This document shows, in pieces, positions 32,090 through 40,867 of a stretch of DNA of 57,845 bases. Position 1 is the stretch's first letter. The number at the start of each line of letters is the position of its first letter. Location of the stretch: IMG/VR virus record IMGVR_UViG_3300006353_000001. One strand, given 5' to 3'. Position numbers and translations under genes: made by a program. A model generated the notes under the pieces. It was not told where the DNA came from. It saw only the letters and a program-made list of their open reading frames with translations, and did not search any database. Origin of the DNA: a virus.

Positions 32090-32538
32090 ATCACGTGGTC
32101 GTGCAGCCAGCCGGCGAGTCCGCTTGCAGGGTGTGGATCCTGCCCGGAGATGCCGAAATCGAGGGCGACTTCGAGAGTTGGGCATTGCGGCACGGCGATC
32201 AGATCGTCTTCGCCAATCACAAGATGCACAGGATGCTGAAGGACTTCCACGTCCTCGGCAACTACCAAGCCGGAGCCCTGTACGGCTACTCCTTCGACGA
32301 CATGTGCGCCATCATGCGCACCAAACTCGGCCCATCGGACCGTGAGCGGGTCATTGAATTGCAGGAGGGTGTCGACTTTGTGAAGGTCGACCGATCGGAC
32401 GGCCGCTGGGAACTGTTCTTCGAATTCGTGAGCCAGGGGGGCCTGTTTTTGATCAAGGCACTGGTCATGGCCGGTAAGTTCCTCGGCTGGATGATCCTCA
32501 TCCCGATGCTCATCCGGATCTTCAGCAAGCGCAAGTAG
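32083..32538 (+). CDS. Hypothetical protein with C-terminal membrane anchor (151 aa)
   Basis: ATG 32083 (ORF track 32050..32538). C-terminal hydrophobic segment GGLFLIKALVMAGKFLGWMILIPMLIRIF. Confidence 0.5.
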   Translation: MLNHVVVQPAGESACRVWILPGDAEIEGDFESWALRHGDQIVFANHKMHRMLKDFHVLGNYQAGALYGYSFDDMCAIMRTKLGPSDRERVIELQEGVDFVKVDRSDGRWELFFEFVSQGGLFLIKALVMAGKFLGWMILIPMLIRIFSKRK

Positions 32539-32553
32539 GCCATGATTACCCAC

Positions 32554-32593
32554 GATCAAAACGGTGTACTCCCGGCCTCCTTAGTTATATAAT
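32554..32593 (+). promoter_or_regulatory. Promoter P6 (GATCAAA 32554; -35 TGTACT 32565; -10 TATAAT 32588)
   Basis: 17-nt spacer with family architecture. Confidence 0.65.
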
Positions 32594-32675
32594 TGTTCTA
32601 GTTGTTGATGAGGTGACGGTGCAACCGCTTCGACAACCCATCCGATCAAGCACCACGTCATCAAGGATGATACCA

Positions 32676-33293
32676 ATGAAACGCTCCAAAATGCTGACCT
32701 CGTTCGCCGCTGCAATGGCGCTCCCCGGCATGTGCTCGCTGACGGCGGAAGCCGAAACGGCTGATGTCGGTGCTCCGACCGTCGACGCTGCTGCGGCATC
32801 CGCCGCAGAGGCTCGCAAGCGCGCTCCGGCTGCCAACTTCCTCCCGATCGTCCGCGGCCGCCTCCCGCTGCTCTTCGTGCACGCCATCCGGTTCGACCCG
32901 GTGCTGAACGCGATGGGCAACAAGGATCTGGCGACCAAGTTCGCGACGTCGGTGGGCAAGGTCTTCGACATCAAGAAGGGCCGCAACTTCGCCTACGTCA
33001 AGCAGGACTTCGTGCCCTCGGCCGAAGACGTTGCTGCGTCGGAAGCCTGGATCGGCCAGGTCGGCAAGGAAAACGCCAAGGGTCTCGCGACCTCCGGCGA
33101 CACTGCCCTGATGCAGAAGACGCTCGACGAGTACAAGGCCAAGGGCCTTGCGACGCCCGAGCAAGTGGCGGCTCTCTCGGCGGCTCGCGCTTCCACCCGG
33201 CCCGCCAAGGCGCCGGCTGCTCCGGGCAGTGCGCCGGCCAACGCTGAAGCTGGTGCCTCGAGCGCCGGCAAGGCGGACGATCTGTTGAGCTGA
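32676..33293 (+). CDS. Ala-rich protein with possible N-terminal signal peptide (205 aa)
   Basis: ORF track 32613..33293. ATG 32676 lies 9 nt after AAGGA. It starts MKRSKMLTSFAAAMALPGMCSLTAEA/ET. The C-terminus is Ala/Pro/Lys-rich. Confidence 0.5.
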   Translation: MKRSKMLTSFAAAMALPGMCSLTAEAETADVGAPTVDAAAASAAEARKRAPAANFLPIVRGRLPLLFVHAIRFDPVLNAMGNKDLATKFATSVGKVFDIKKGRNFAYVKQDFVPSAEDVAASEAWIGQVGKENAKGLATSGDTALMQKTLDEYKAKGLATPEQVAALSAARASTRPAKAPAAPGSAPANAEAGASSAGKADDLLS

Positions 33294-33397
33294 TCGAGCG
33301 TAGGCAGAGTAAACTGCCTCAGTTTAAAATCTTCGCTGAAACTGTTTCTGATCAAGTTACGGAGACAGCGGGATCTGAAACCAAATCTCCGAAGGAT

Positions 33398-33510
33398 GCC
33401 GGCTTCGGCCGGTGTCCTGAGGGGTGTGGCTCGCAAAGTGAATCCGATGATGCTGCTAGAAGCGGCTAATTCGGTGCAGCGGACGCTAACGGCCACACCC
33501 CTCAGGGCAG
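33398..33510 (+). other. Large intergenic stem-loop structure (candidate structured RNA or DNA cruciform)
   Basis: Perfect 15-bp inverted repeat CCTGAGGGGTGTGGC (33416..33430) / GCCACACCCCTCAGG (33492..33506). It is preceded by CCGGC-TTCG-GCCGG (33399..33412), and the 61-nt loop has further internal pairings. Confidence 0.55.
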
Positions 33511-33563
33511 AGACCCTGCTAGATACTTCAGCTGCTGCTTGAGGTTTGCGTTTTGGAGAATGC

Positions 33564-33944
33564 ATGTCGACGCTCAAGATAGTAGCCAACGACACCCCGC
33601 AAATCGTGATGGACCTGGTCTCCGACCTAGGTCCTATCGACTTGTCCGATCCGGGGACCGTCGTGAACTTCAAGGTCAAGAACCCGGCGGGTGACGTGAC
33701 CACTGTGGTGTGTGACAAACTGGCCGGCCTCAAGCAGGAGGACGGCACGATCATCACCACTCCTCCATACAACGTACTGGGCACCGGCGGCCGATGCGTC
33801 GCCAACTGCCCGGACACGCTCTTCCCGACCAATCCGGTCGCGGACGAGACCGACTACACTGCTGAAATCGAAATCGTCACCGGTGGTGGCATCACGTCTA
33901 CGGTCTACCGGATCGTCCGGATGATCGTCCGCAACGACTATTAG
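33564..33944 (+). CDS. Small beta-rich protein, possibly Ig-like fibre/baseplate accessory (126 aa)
   Basis: ATG 33564 after SD GGAGA (ORF track 33546..33944). First gene of a four-gene block that ends in the large fibre-like protein. Confidence 0.5.
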   Translation: MSTLKIVANDTPQIVMDLVSDLGPIDLSDPGTVVNFKVKNPAGDVTTVVCDKLAGLKQEDGTIITTPPYNVLGTGGRCVANCPDTLFPTNPVADETDYTAEIEIVTGGGITSTVYRIVRMIVRNDY

Positions 33945-33952
33945 GAGCCATC

Positions 33953-34411
33953 ATGGCAGCAGGAACATTTCTCATCTACGCCAAGAACAAGGATCGCATC
34001 TCGATCCGTGACTTGCTCAGTGCGACGGTCAAACTCGCCCTCGTCACGAGCGCCTACACGCCGAACGTGGAGGAGGACGGGCACTCTGTGTGGGCGGACG
34101 TGTCGGGCAACGAGATCGCCAACGGCAATGGTTACACCACAGGCGGCGCGACCCTCGCCAATGACGTGGCGACGGTGATCGAAGACGGTGTCGCCTACGA
34201 CTCCGACGACGTGGTGTGGACGGCCTCGGGCGGCTCGATCCCGGCCCACCGCTACTACGTGATGTATGTGTCGGGCTCTCTGTGGGGTCTGACCAGTCCG
34301 CTGATCGGCTACTTCGTGGGCGATGCCACGCCGGCGGACATCCCTGCCACGACCGACACCAACACGCTCACCGCGTTCGCGCCGTCCGGCGGCTGGTACG
34401 ACTTCGTCTGA
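33953..34411 (+). CDS. Hypothetical structural-like protein (152 aa)
   Basis: ORF track. SD AGGAG. Acidic and beta-rich. Function unknown. Confidence 0.55.
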   Translation: MAAGTFLIYAKNKDRISIRDLLSATVKLALVTSAYTPNVEEDGHSVWADVSGNEIANGNGYTTGGATLANDVATVIEDGVAYDSDDVVWTASGGSIPAHRYYVMYVSGSLWGLTSPLIGYFVGDATPADIPATTDTNTLTAFAPSGGWYDFV

Positions 34412-34418
34412 GGCAGTC

Positions 34419-35261
34419 ATGCTGAACCTCGGCACGACCTCTTCGAAGGTCACGCTGACCACTGGGTCGGCGGGTCAGATCGCGTCACGATACTCGTACG
34501 TGGACGACCTGCTCAGTGGCCCGACCTTCACGCCTGGCGGCGCAGTCAACGCCGACATGACGACCGCCACTACGGCGGACCTCGTGCCGGTGCCAGCCAG
34601 TGGCACGGTCCGGAACGTGTTGGAGATGGTGATCTCCAACGAGTCGACCACGGTCGCCAACCTGTGCAGTGCCATCATGACCGATGGCACAAACACCTCT
34701 CTGCTGTGGGAGGGCACGCTCCAGCCCAAGGAGCGTGCCGTCTTCGACGAGAACGGTGTGTGGACGGTCTACGACAGCAGCGGTCGTCAGCAGGCGCCGT
34801 CCACCAAGTTGGACGCCAAGAAGTATGTCTCGGCGGACGTCGCCTTCGCCACCGCAGGCACGTGGGCCGACGTCACCGGACTGACCCAGGCACTGCAGTC
34901 GGGCAAGAAGTACTGCTTCGAAGCCCACCTGTACCACATCAGCAACGCCACCACGACCGGCGCCCAATTCGGCTACAACATCGGGGCAGCCCCGACCGAA
35001 TCACAGATCTCGACGATCGACACGGTCACTGGCAGTGTGACGGCGTCGGCCCATTCGGCCGGCTCAGTCACAGCACGTGACACTGCGGCGACCGCCCAGA
35101 CCACTGGCTCCGCCGCCATCACGATGGGTATCCTGTCCGGTTACCTGCAACCGAGCGCCGACGGCACGTTCGCCATCCGGTGTGCGTCAGAAGTGTCGGT
35201 GGCCAACGGCGTGATCGTCAAGAAGGGTTCATGGTTGCGGATCTGGGAAGTCGATTCTTGA
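34419..35261 (+). CDS. Putative fibre/receptor-binding-like protein (280 aa)
   Basis: ATG 34419 (ORF track 34323..35261). Thr/Ser/Ala-rich. The C-terminal half reads like a jelly-roll head (KKYCFEAHLYHISN...GTFAIRCASEV...KKGSWLRIWEV). Tentative. Confidence 0.4.
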   Translation: MLNLGTTSSKVTLTTGSAGQIASRYSYVDDLLSGPTFTPGGAVNADMTTATTADLVPVPASGTVRNVLEMVISNESTTVANLCSAIMTDGTNTSLLWEGTLQPKERAVFDENGVWTVYDSSGRQQAPSTKLDAKKYVSADVAFATAGTWADVTGLTQALQSGKKYCFEAHLYHISNATTTGAQFGYNIGAAPTESQISTIDTVTGSVTASAHSAGSVTARDTAATAQTTGSAAITMGILSGYLQPSADGTFAIRCASEVSVANGVIVKKGSWLRIWEVDS

Positions 35262-35269
35262 GGCCTTGA

Positions 35270-37930
35270 ATGGCTGCGATCTCAACTGCAAAGGACGGGT
35301 TTCAGGACGGCGTCCAGAACACTGCCCTGTGGGACATCGGGTTCCACGAAGGCTTCGAGGGCGGGTCGACGGTCTCCGAAGTCGGCGGGGTGTTTCGCAT
35401 CACTCCCCCGACCGGGAGCGGCACACTGTCCCGCAACGGGTACATCACCGACGCGACCTACGACCTCACGGCCGATCGCTGCTTCGTCAAACTGGTCACG
35501 GCCCCCAACCAGATCAGCAGCAGTTGCCAAACGTTCTTCACGCTCACGTACGACTCCAACACAGCCGTCCAGTTCTACATCGCCGAGGGCACGATCTACG
35601 CCCAAGATCGGACGTTCGGCAGTCAGCACGACAACGGCAACACTGCCTTCGTACTGGCCACCCACAGTTGGCTGAGCATCAGGCACAGTGCCGGCAACAT
35701 CATCTGGGAGACTGCTCCCAGCACCGCATCTGATCCTCCGGCCGGCGGCGACTGGGTGGCGTTCGCCACACTCGCAGATCCATTCCCAGACGCCGGCGGC
35801 AACGTCAACGCTCTCAAGATAAACCTCGCGGGCGGCACGTTCCAAAGCGAGGCGTCCCCCGGCATCATCGAGTTCGACGGCCTCAACGGCGCGACGACCC
35901 AGTTGAACGGCGACGTCGGCCCGACCATCACAGCCCAGCCGTCCAACCAATCGATCACCGAGGGCAACACCGCCACGTTCTCGGTCAGCGCCACCAGCAC
36001 TACCACGATATCGTATCAGTGGAAGCGTGACGGGGTCAACGTCGGCACCAACAGTGCTACGTACGTCTACTCATCCAGCAAGGGCGAGGCGCCGTCCACG
36101 ACGTCCATCACCTGCGTCCTCACAGATTCCGGTGGCACGGCCGCCACCACTGCGGTGGACTTGGTGGTGCGAGCCGGCACGTGGGTCGCCCCCAAGCGGA
36201 AGCGGCCCGCCAACCGATACTACTTCTCGGCCGCAGGGTGGTTCAGCTCCACCCTGACGCCCAAGACCCTGTTCCACGCGTTCATGGGCTACGCGCCCAC
36301 GAGCAACAACCACTCCGTGACCCCGGTCAAGGGCCACATCACTGCCGCAGGTCACGTGCCGGTGGTGGTGCGCCGCAATAACCAGCGGATCTTCACGACC
36401 AAGGGTCACGTCACTTCGACCGGTCGTCAGCCGACGGTGACTCAGACCTACAAGGTCATCACCCGAGTCATCAAGGGTCACATCAGCTCCACCGGCCACA
36501 CGCCGACGGTTACCCGCACCCTGCACCAGGTGGTGCGCCCGGCCAAGGGGCATATCACTGCGACCGGCCACCAGCCCGCCGTCGTCCGCACCGCGCACCA
36601 GGCAGTCCACCCGGTCAAGGGCCATGTCACTGCAACGGGTCATCAGCCGACGGTCACTCGAACCGCCGGAGCCAACGTCCGCCCGGTCAAGGGCCTCATC
36701 AGCTCAACGGGTCATCAACCGACGGTCGTCCGCACAGTCAACAACGCCGTCCGCCCGGCCAAGGGCCACGTCACATCGACGGGTCGTCAGCCCGCCGTCG
36801 CCCGCACGGTCAACAACGCGGTCCGCCCGACCAAGGGCCTCATCACCGCGACCGGCCATCAGCCGACGGTGGCGCGCACCCTGCTCAACGCAGTCCGCCC
36901 GGCCAAGGGCCACATCACTGCAACGGGTCGTCAGCCGGCCATAGCCCAGGGCGGTGCCGCATTCGTCCTGCCTATCAAGGGCCACGTCACCTCGACCGGT
37001 CGCCAGCCAGTCGTCGCCCGAACGGCGAATCAGTCGGTGCACCCGACCAAGGGTCACGTCACCTCGACCGGCCGCCAGCCGACGATCGCCCGCACCGCGA
37101 ATCAGCGAGTGACCCCGGTCAAGGGCCACGTCGCCTACACCGGCCGTCAACCGGACGTTCAGCAGACCTCCGGCGCCGCGGTGCACCCGATCAGGGGTCA
37201 CGTCACGTCGACGGGTCACCAGCCCTCGGTCGTCCGCACCTCGAACCAAGTCGTCCGCCCAGTCAGAGGGCACGTCACTGCAACGGGGCGCCAGCCGACG
37301 GTGGTACAGAGTCACCACCAAACTGTTCACCCGAGCAAGGGTCACGTCACCGCGACGGGGCGGATCCCCACCGTACAGCGCACCTCTGGCACCACAGTCA
37401 GACCCGTCAAGGGTCATATCAGTTACGTGGGTCGGGCTCCCTCGATCGTCCAGACTCAGCACCACGTGGTGCGCCCGGGCCGTGGCCACATCACCGCGAC
37501 GGGTCGCCAACCGTCGATCCGTCAGGCCTTCGGGGTCCACCCGGTCAGGGGGCACGTCACTGCAACGGGCGGTCAGCCGACCGTCGTCAGGACCGCCCAT
37601 CAGTCCGTCCGACCGGTCCGCGGTGCGCTGAGGTACACCGGTCACCAGCCGTTCGTCGCACAGGGCGGGGTTCACTTCGTACAGCCGATCAAGGGTCGGG
37701 TCACCTACACGGGTCGTCAGCCGATCGTCGTGCAGCGGCCGCCCACGCCGGTCTACTTCGACTCCCCGACCATATCCGCCACTGTGACCGTACTGAACAG
37801 TCTCAGCGGCGTGACGTACGACGCGCCACGCGCCTCGCACATCGAGGTCCTATCATCGGGCGACGCCGAGCACGCCCAGAACCTGCTCGGCTCCATAGAG
37901 GTTGCTCCCAACCCACAACTAAGAAGGTGA
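35270..37930 (+). CDS. Large fibre-like protein: lectin-like N-domain, Ig-like domain, 20 x 24-aa repeat shaft
   Basis: 886 aa. Ig-like segment at 35921..36175 (TITAQPSNQSITEGNTATFSVSA...ISYQWKRDGVNVG). The repeat array has unit V(R/H)P(V/A)KGH(V/I)T(A/S)TG(R/H)QPTV(V/A)RT.N... Confidence 0.6.
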   Translation: MAAISTAKDGFQDGVQNTALWDIGFHEGFEGGSTVSEVGGVFRITPPTGSGTLSRNGYITDATYDLTADRCFVKLVTAPNQISSSCQTFFTLTYDSNTAVQFYIAEGTIYAQDRTFGSQHDNGNTAFVLATHSWLSIRHSAGNIIWETAPSTASDPPAGGDWVAFATLADPFPDAGGNVNALKINLAGGTFQSEASPGIIEFDGLNGATTQLNGDVGPTITAQPSNQSITEGNTATFSVSATSTTTISYQWKRDGVNVGTNSATYVYSSSKGEAPSTTSITCVLTDSGGTAATTAVDLVVRAGTWVAPKRKRPANRYYFSAAGWFSSTLTPKTLFHAFMGYAPTSNNHSVTPVKGHITAAGHVPVVVRRNNQRIFTTKGHVTSTGRQPTVTQTYKVITRVIKGHISSTGHTPTVTRTLHQVVRPAKGHITATGHQPAVVRTAHQAVHPVKGHVTATGHQPTVTRTAGANVRPVKGLISSTGHQPTVVRTVNNAVRPAKGHVTSTGRQPAVARTVNNAVRPTKGLITATGHQPTVARTLLNAVRPAKGHITATGRQPAIAQGGAAFVLPIKGHVTSTGRQPVVARTANQSVHPTKGHVTSTGRQPTIARTANQRVTPVKGHVAYTGRQPDVQQTSGAAVHPIRGHVTSTGHQPSVVRTSNQVVRPVRGHVTATGRQPTVVQSHHQTVHPSKGHVTATGRIPTVQRTSGTTVRPVKGHISYVGRAPSIVQTQHHVVRPGRGHITATGRQPSIRQAFGVHPVRGHVTATGGQPTVVRTAHQSVRPVRGALRYTGHQPFVAQGGVHFVQPIKGRVTYTGRQPIVVQRPPTPVYFDSPTISATVTVLNSLSGVTYDAPRASHIEVLSSGDAEHAQNLLGSIEVAPNPQLRR
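36317..37756 (+). repeat. Tandem 72-bp (24-codon) coding repeats, about 20 units
   Basis: I counted 20 consecutive units in the translation, from VTPVKGHITAAGH... to VQPIKGRVTYTGRQPIVVQRPPTP. They also produce the spurious antisense ORF 36704..37840. Confidence 0.85.
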
Positions 37931-37933
37931 TTC

Positions 37934-38482
37934 ATGCTGCGACGCAAACATTTCATGGCCGACCTGGAGACGATGGACACTGCTCCGACGGCGGCCATCG
38001 TCTCGATCGGGCTCGTGTACTTCGACGATGAGAAGGTCCTCGACCAGTTCTACACGCCGATCAGCCTCTCCTCGAGCCTCGAGGCCGGCCTCACCAAGTC
38101 ACAGAGCACGATGGATTGGTGGGCCAAGCAATCGCCGGAGGCCCGCTCCGCTTGGCAGACGCCGGACGCGCCCCCGTTGCTGAATGGCCTCACGAAGATG
38201 GTGCGGTGGATGGAGGCTCACACGACGCCCAAGACCACAGCCATTTGGGGCAACGGAGCGAGCTTCGACGTGCCCATCCTCGAATCGGCCTTCAGAGCCG
38301 TCGGCGCCAACGCGCCGTGGGACTTCTGGAACCACATGTGCTTCCGCACGGTGAAGAGCATGTTCCCGGACGTCGGCGCCATGCCACGAGCCGGCACGCA
38401 CCACAACGCGTTGGACGACGCGATGCATCAGGTCCAGCACCTTTTGCAGATCATCAAGGTCAAGAAGCTCGACATCAACTGA
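37934..38482 (+). CDS. DnaQ-like 3'-5' exonuclease
   Basis: 182 aa (alternative start ATG 37955, MADLETMDT). Exo motifs DLETMD, WGNGASFDVPIL and HHNALDDAMHQ. Confidence 0.7.
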   Translation: MLRRKHFMADLETMDTAPTAAIVSIGLVYFDDEKVLDQFYTPISLSSSLEAGLTKSQSTMDWWAKQSPEARSAWQTPDAPPLLNGLTKMVRWMEAHTTPKTTAIWGNGASFDVPILESAFRAVGANAPWDFWNHMCFRTVKSMFPDVGAMPRAGTHHNALDDAMHQVQHLLQIIKVKKLDIN

Positions 38483-38492
38483 GGAGCTCTCC

Positions 38493-39518
38493 ATGAGTAA
38501 GAGTCACTGGGCCGCGATGAACGGCCTGCGGTGGTTGATGGAGCATCCCGACAAGAAGGTGGCGGTGGTATACGGAAGTCACGAGCGGGCCCGTCACGAA
38601 TTTCAGAAACTGGCCGACTTCATCTGCATGCACGGGTGTGAGTTGCACTTCATTCGCTCTGCATTGCGTATCGAATTGGTGAAGGAGGCTGGTGGAGGTA
38701 CGTTGCACTTCGTATCCTTGAACAGTGATCACGACCTGCCTCGGTGGCGGGGCTATCGTATGAACACGATGGATTCGTCCGACTACGAACACCCTCGTCT
38801 TGCGAACACTGATCTACTCTGGGAGTTTCACATCCACACTCGGGCTACGTCGATCAACGGCGTATACAACGAGTACTGGGACGGTGTACAATATACACCT
38901 TGGCGCAACAACTTGGAGAAGCCCGTGTCCACGAAAACCTACCACTACGCCGATCTGCCGTTCAAGTTCGCGCCGCCCAGCAGTGAGGAGCTGTGGGAGC
39001 GACAGCAAAAGGCACGGGCGTTGGTTCGAGGTGAGGCCGCTCATCGAATGACAGAGGTAATGATCCGTGGCAATGAGGTCCTCCGACAATTGCCGTTCAA
39101 GGCCAAAATCGAAGGCGAGGGCCTGCTGTACACCGTCGGCCAGAACATCGGCGGCCGCATCCTGCCCTCGATCTACACCCGCCTCGCCGAGGCGATCGGC
39201 CCGGGCAACTGGCTCCGCGGCAACCGCGTCATCTGCCGAATCAGCAGCATGAACGAGGGCCACCTCGAGAACAGCCTCAAGTTGCTGAACGAGTCACACG
39301 GCAATTTGGTGGCCAAGGCCACTGAGCTGCTGGGTCGGATGGGCAAACACTTCGGCGAGGGTCAACCCCTCATCGACGCGTGCAAGCACATGATGGCCAC
39401 GGACGTGTCGGGGATCTATCCGGTCTTCGACGAGCTCGAGGCCGAACTGCTCAAGCGGCGTGAGGGTGTGCCTGAGCACGACCTCGATTACCTGGCCAAC
39501 GACCGATTGGAGTGGTGA
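38493..39518 (+). CDS. Hypothetical protein (341 aa)
   Basis: ORF track with SD GAGGA. No motif I can assign. Confidence 0.6.
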   Translation: MSKSHWAAMNGLRWLMEHPDKKVAVVYGSHERARHEFQKLADFICMHGCELHFIRSALRIELVKEAGGGTLHFVSLNSDHDLPRWRGYRMNTMDSSDYEHPRLANTDLLWEFHIHTRATSINGVYNEYWDGVQYTPWRNNLEKPVSTKTYHYADLPFKFAPPSSEELWERQQKARALVRGEAAHRMTEVMIRGNEVLRQLPFKAKIEGEGLLYTVGQNIGGRILPSIYTRLAEAIGPGNWLRGNRVICRISSMNEGHLENSLKLLNESHGNLVAKATELLGRMGKHFGEGQPLIDACKHMMATDVSGIYPVFDELEAELLKRREGVPEHDLDYLANDRLEW

Positions 39519-39775
39519 TGGGCACGATGAATGTGCAGATCACCGACGAGATGCTGTCGGACTTCAAGACGTTGATCGACCGCGGCCTCAACTGCTGGGA
39601 CCCGAAGGAGGCGCCGGCGTGGGCCTTCCGACTGTCCGACGCGGTCGGGGCCCGCATCGAATCGATCGCCGCTGCTAAGGCGCGAGCGCCGGAAGGCATG
39701 GAACTGCGTGCCAACGTCGAACGGCCGGACGGCGTCGAGATGTCCATCTACGTGCCGAAGGGGGATCAATCATGA
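39512..39775 (+). CDS. Hypothetical protein (85-87 aa)
   Basis: ORF track. GTG 39512 or ATG 39518, both overlapping the upstream stop. Confidence 0.5.
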   Translation: MVMGTMNVQITDEMLSDFKTLIDRGLNCWDPKEAPAWAFRLSDAVGARIESIAAAKARAPEGMELRANVERPDGVEMSIYVPKGDQS

Positions 39776-39969
39776 GTGAGCTCAAAATGGGCGGCCGCGA
39801 CATCTGGGTCAAGTACACCTCGAAGGAGGGGTCGTCCTGGACCTCGTACCACCGAGTGTGGGACGTCGGCACCTTCATGACGGCCCGTCAGCGCGAGGTG
39901 GACAAGCCCGACAGCAAGCTCAAGTCGGCCGAACAGGTCGTGCAGCCACCGTGGAGGAAGGCCGCGTAA
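39772..39969 (+). CDS. Hypothetical protein (65 aa)
   Basis: ORF track with an ATGA overlap. Confidence 0.45.
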   Translation: MSELKMGGRDIWVKYTSKEGSSWTSYHRVWDVGTFMTARQREVDKPDSKLKSAEQVVQPPWRKAA

Positions 39970-40091
39970 CGTGAAGGCTCGACCTGAATTCCTCGATCTG
40001 GCCCGGCATTTGCGGGTCCATATTGACGGGTATGCCGGATGGCAGTGAGGCCGTCACCGTGCTCTTCTCGATCGAGGCCTGGAGGTTGTTC

Positions 40092-40132
40092 GATCAAATG
40101 TGTTTACAATGGCAGCCAGAGAGTTGTACAAT
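40092..40132 (+). promoter_or_regulatory. Promoter P7 (GATCAAA 40092; -35 TTTACA 40103; -10 TACAAT 40127)
   Basis: 18-nt spacer, followed by SD GGAGA and ATG 40155. Confidence 0.6.
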
Positions 40133-40154
40133 AGCACATGCAACCGGAGAATGC

Positions 40155-40376
40155 ATGATCATCGAACTCAAAGATCACGTGAACGTCGCACGGGGCGACG
40201 GCACCTTCTACGTCGCCCACAAGGGCCGCCGTGTCAACTACCACTGCCAGCGCCGGCTTGACAGGTCTCTGGTCCACGCCTTCAGCGTGTACGAGGCCAA
40301 GACCTGCAAATTCCACCTGCACAAGGAGGTCTCCACCGGGGACTCCGACGATCAAGGGAGGCCGAAATGGCTCTGA
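40155..40376 (+). CDS. Hypothetical protein (73 aa)
   Basis: ORF track gives 40023..40376, but promoter P7 lies inside that ORF. ATG 40155 has an SD. Confidence 0.5.
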   Translation: MIIELKDHVNVARGDGTFYVAHKGRRVNYHCQRRLDRSLVHAFSVYEAKTCKFHLHKEVSTGDSDDQGRPKWL

Positions 40377-40759
40377 CCACTGAACCCGTATACGTCATGG
40401 GCTACCGCACGTCGGACGGCGAAATCTTTCAAGGCCCCAAAGGCTACGACGAAGCCCTGGTGCATCAGAAGAAGGTCGACCTGGCCGACTGGATCGCCAA
40501 CCGTCAGCACCTCATCACGGATATGCCGGCGATGGCGCTAGCCGACATGCTGTTGGGGGCTTACAACATGCAGCCGAAGGAGGTCGAGCGGGCCGAGGAA
40601 GTGCCGAAGCCCAAGCCGTACGACGATTACAAGACCGCGGACACATTGCCGACGCCCCTGACCGACGAGCACAAGTGCACCAACTGCGGCACCCTGCACG
40701 GAAGATTCGAATCAATGTGCCCGCAATGCGGACACGTCAACGACGACATCCCGTTCTGA
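40367..40759 (+). CDS. Zinc-ribbon protein ending in an SSB C-terminal tip motif (…NDDIPF)
   Basis: 130 aa with SD GGGAGG. C-terminal CTNCG...CPQCGHVNDDIPF. Confidence 0.6.
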   Translation: MALTTEPVYVMGYRTSDGEIFQGPKGYDEALVHQKKVDLADWIANRQHLITDMPAMALADMLLGAYNMQPKEVERAEEVPKPKPYDDYKTADTLPTPLTDEHKCTNCGTLHGRFESMCPQCGHVNDDIPF

Positions 40760-40766
40760 AGCGCTC

Positions 40767-40841
40767 TCCGGGACGTCCGGTGACGCGTCCGGGACTCCCG
40801 GAGTAGTAGCTCGTATATTCACCAAGTAGGCGGCTCCCGGA
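40767..40841 (+). repeat. Composite palindrome element, copy C (TCCGGGA 40767; TCCGGGACTCCCGGA 40788..40802; TCCCGGA 40835..40841)
   Basis: Offsets of 21 and 47 nt, identical to copies A and B. Confidence 0.8.
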
Positions 40842-40867
40842 GAGCGCGCCACAAATGAAAGGCTGAC

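Noticed and set aside
36317-37756. Possible CRISPR array because of the regular repeats
   Set aside because: The units are contiguous 72-bp in-frame coding repeats with no unique spacers, and they are only about 60-80% identical to each other. There are no cas genes.
36704-37840. 378-aa minus-strand ORF and the alternative-frame + strand ORFs in the repeat region
   Set aside because: They are produced by the 72-bp periodicity of the fibre repeats. The + strand frame of 35270..37930 is the only one continuous with the flanking domains.
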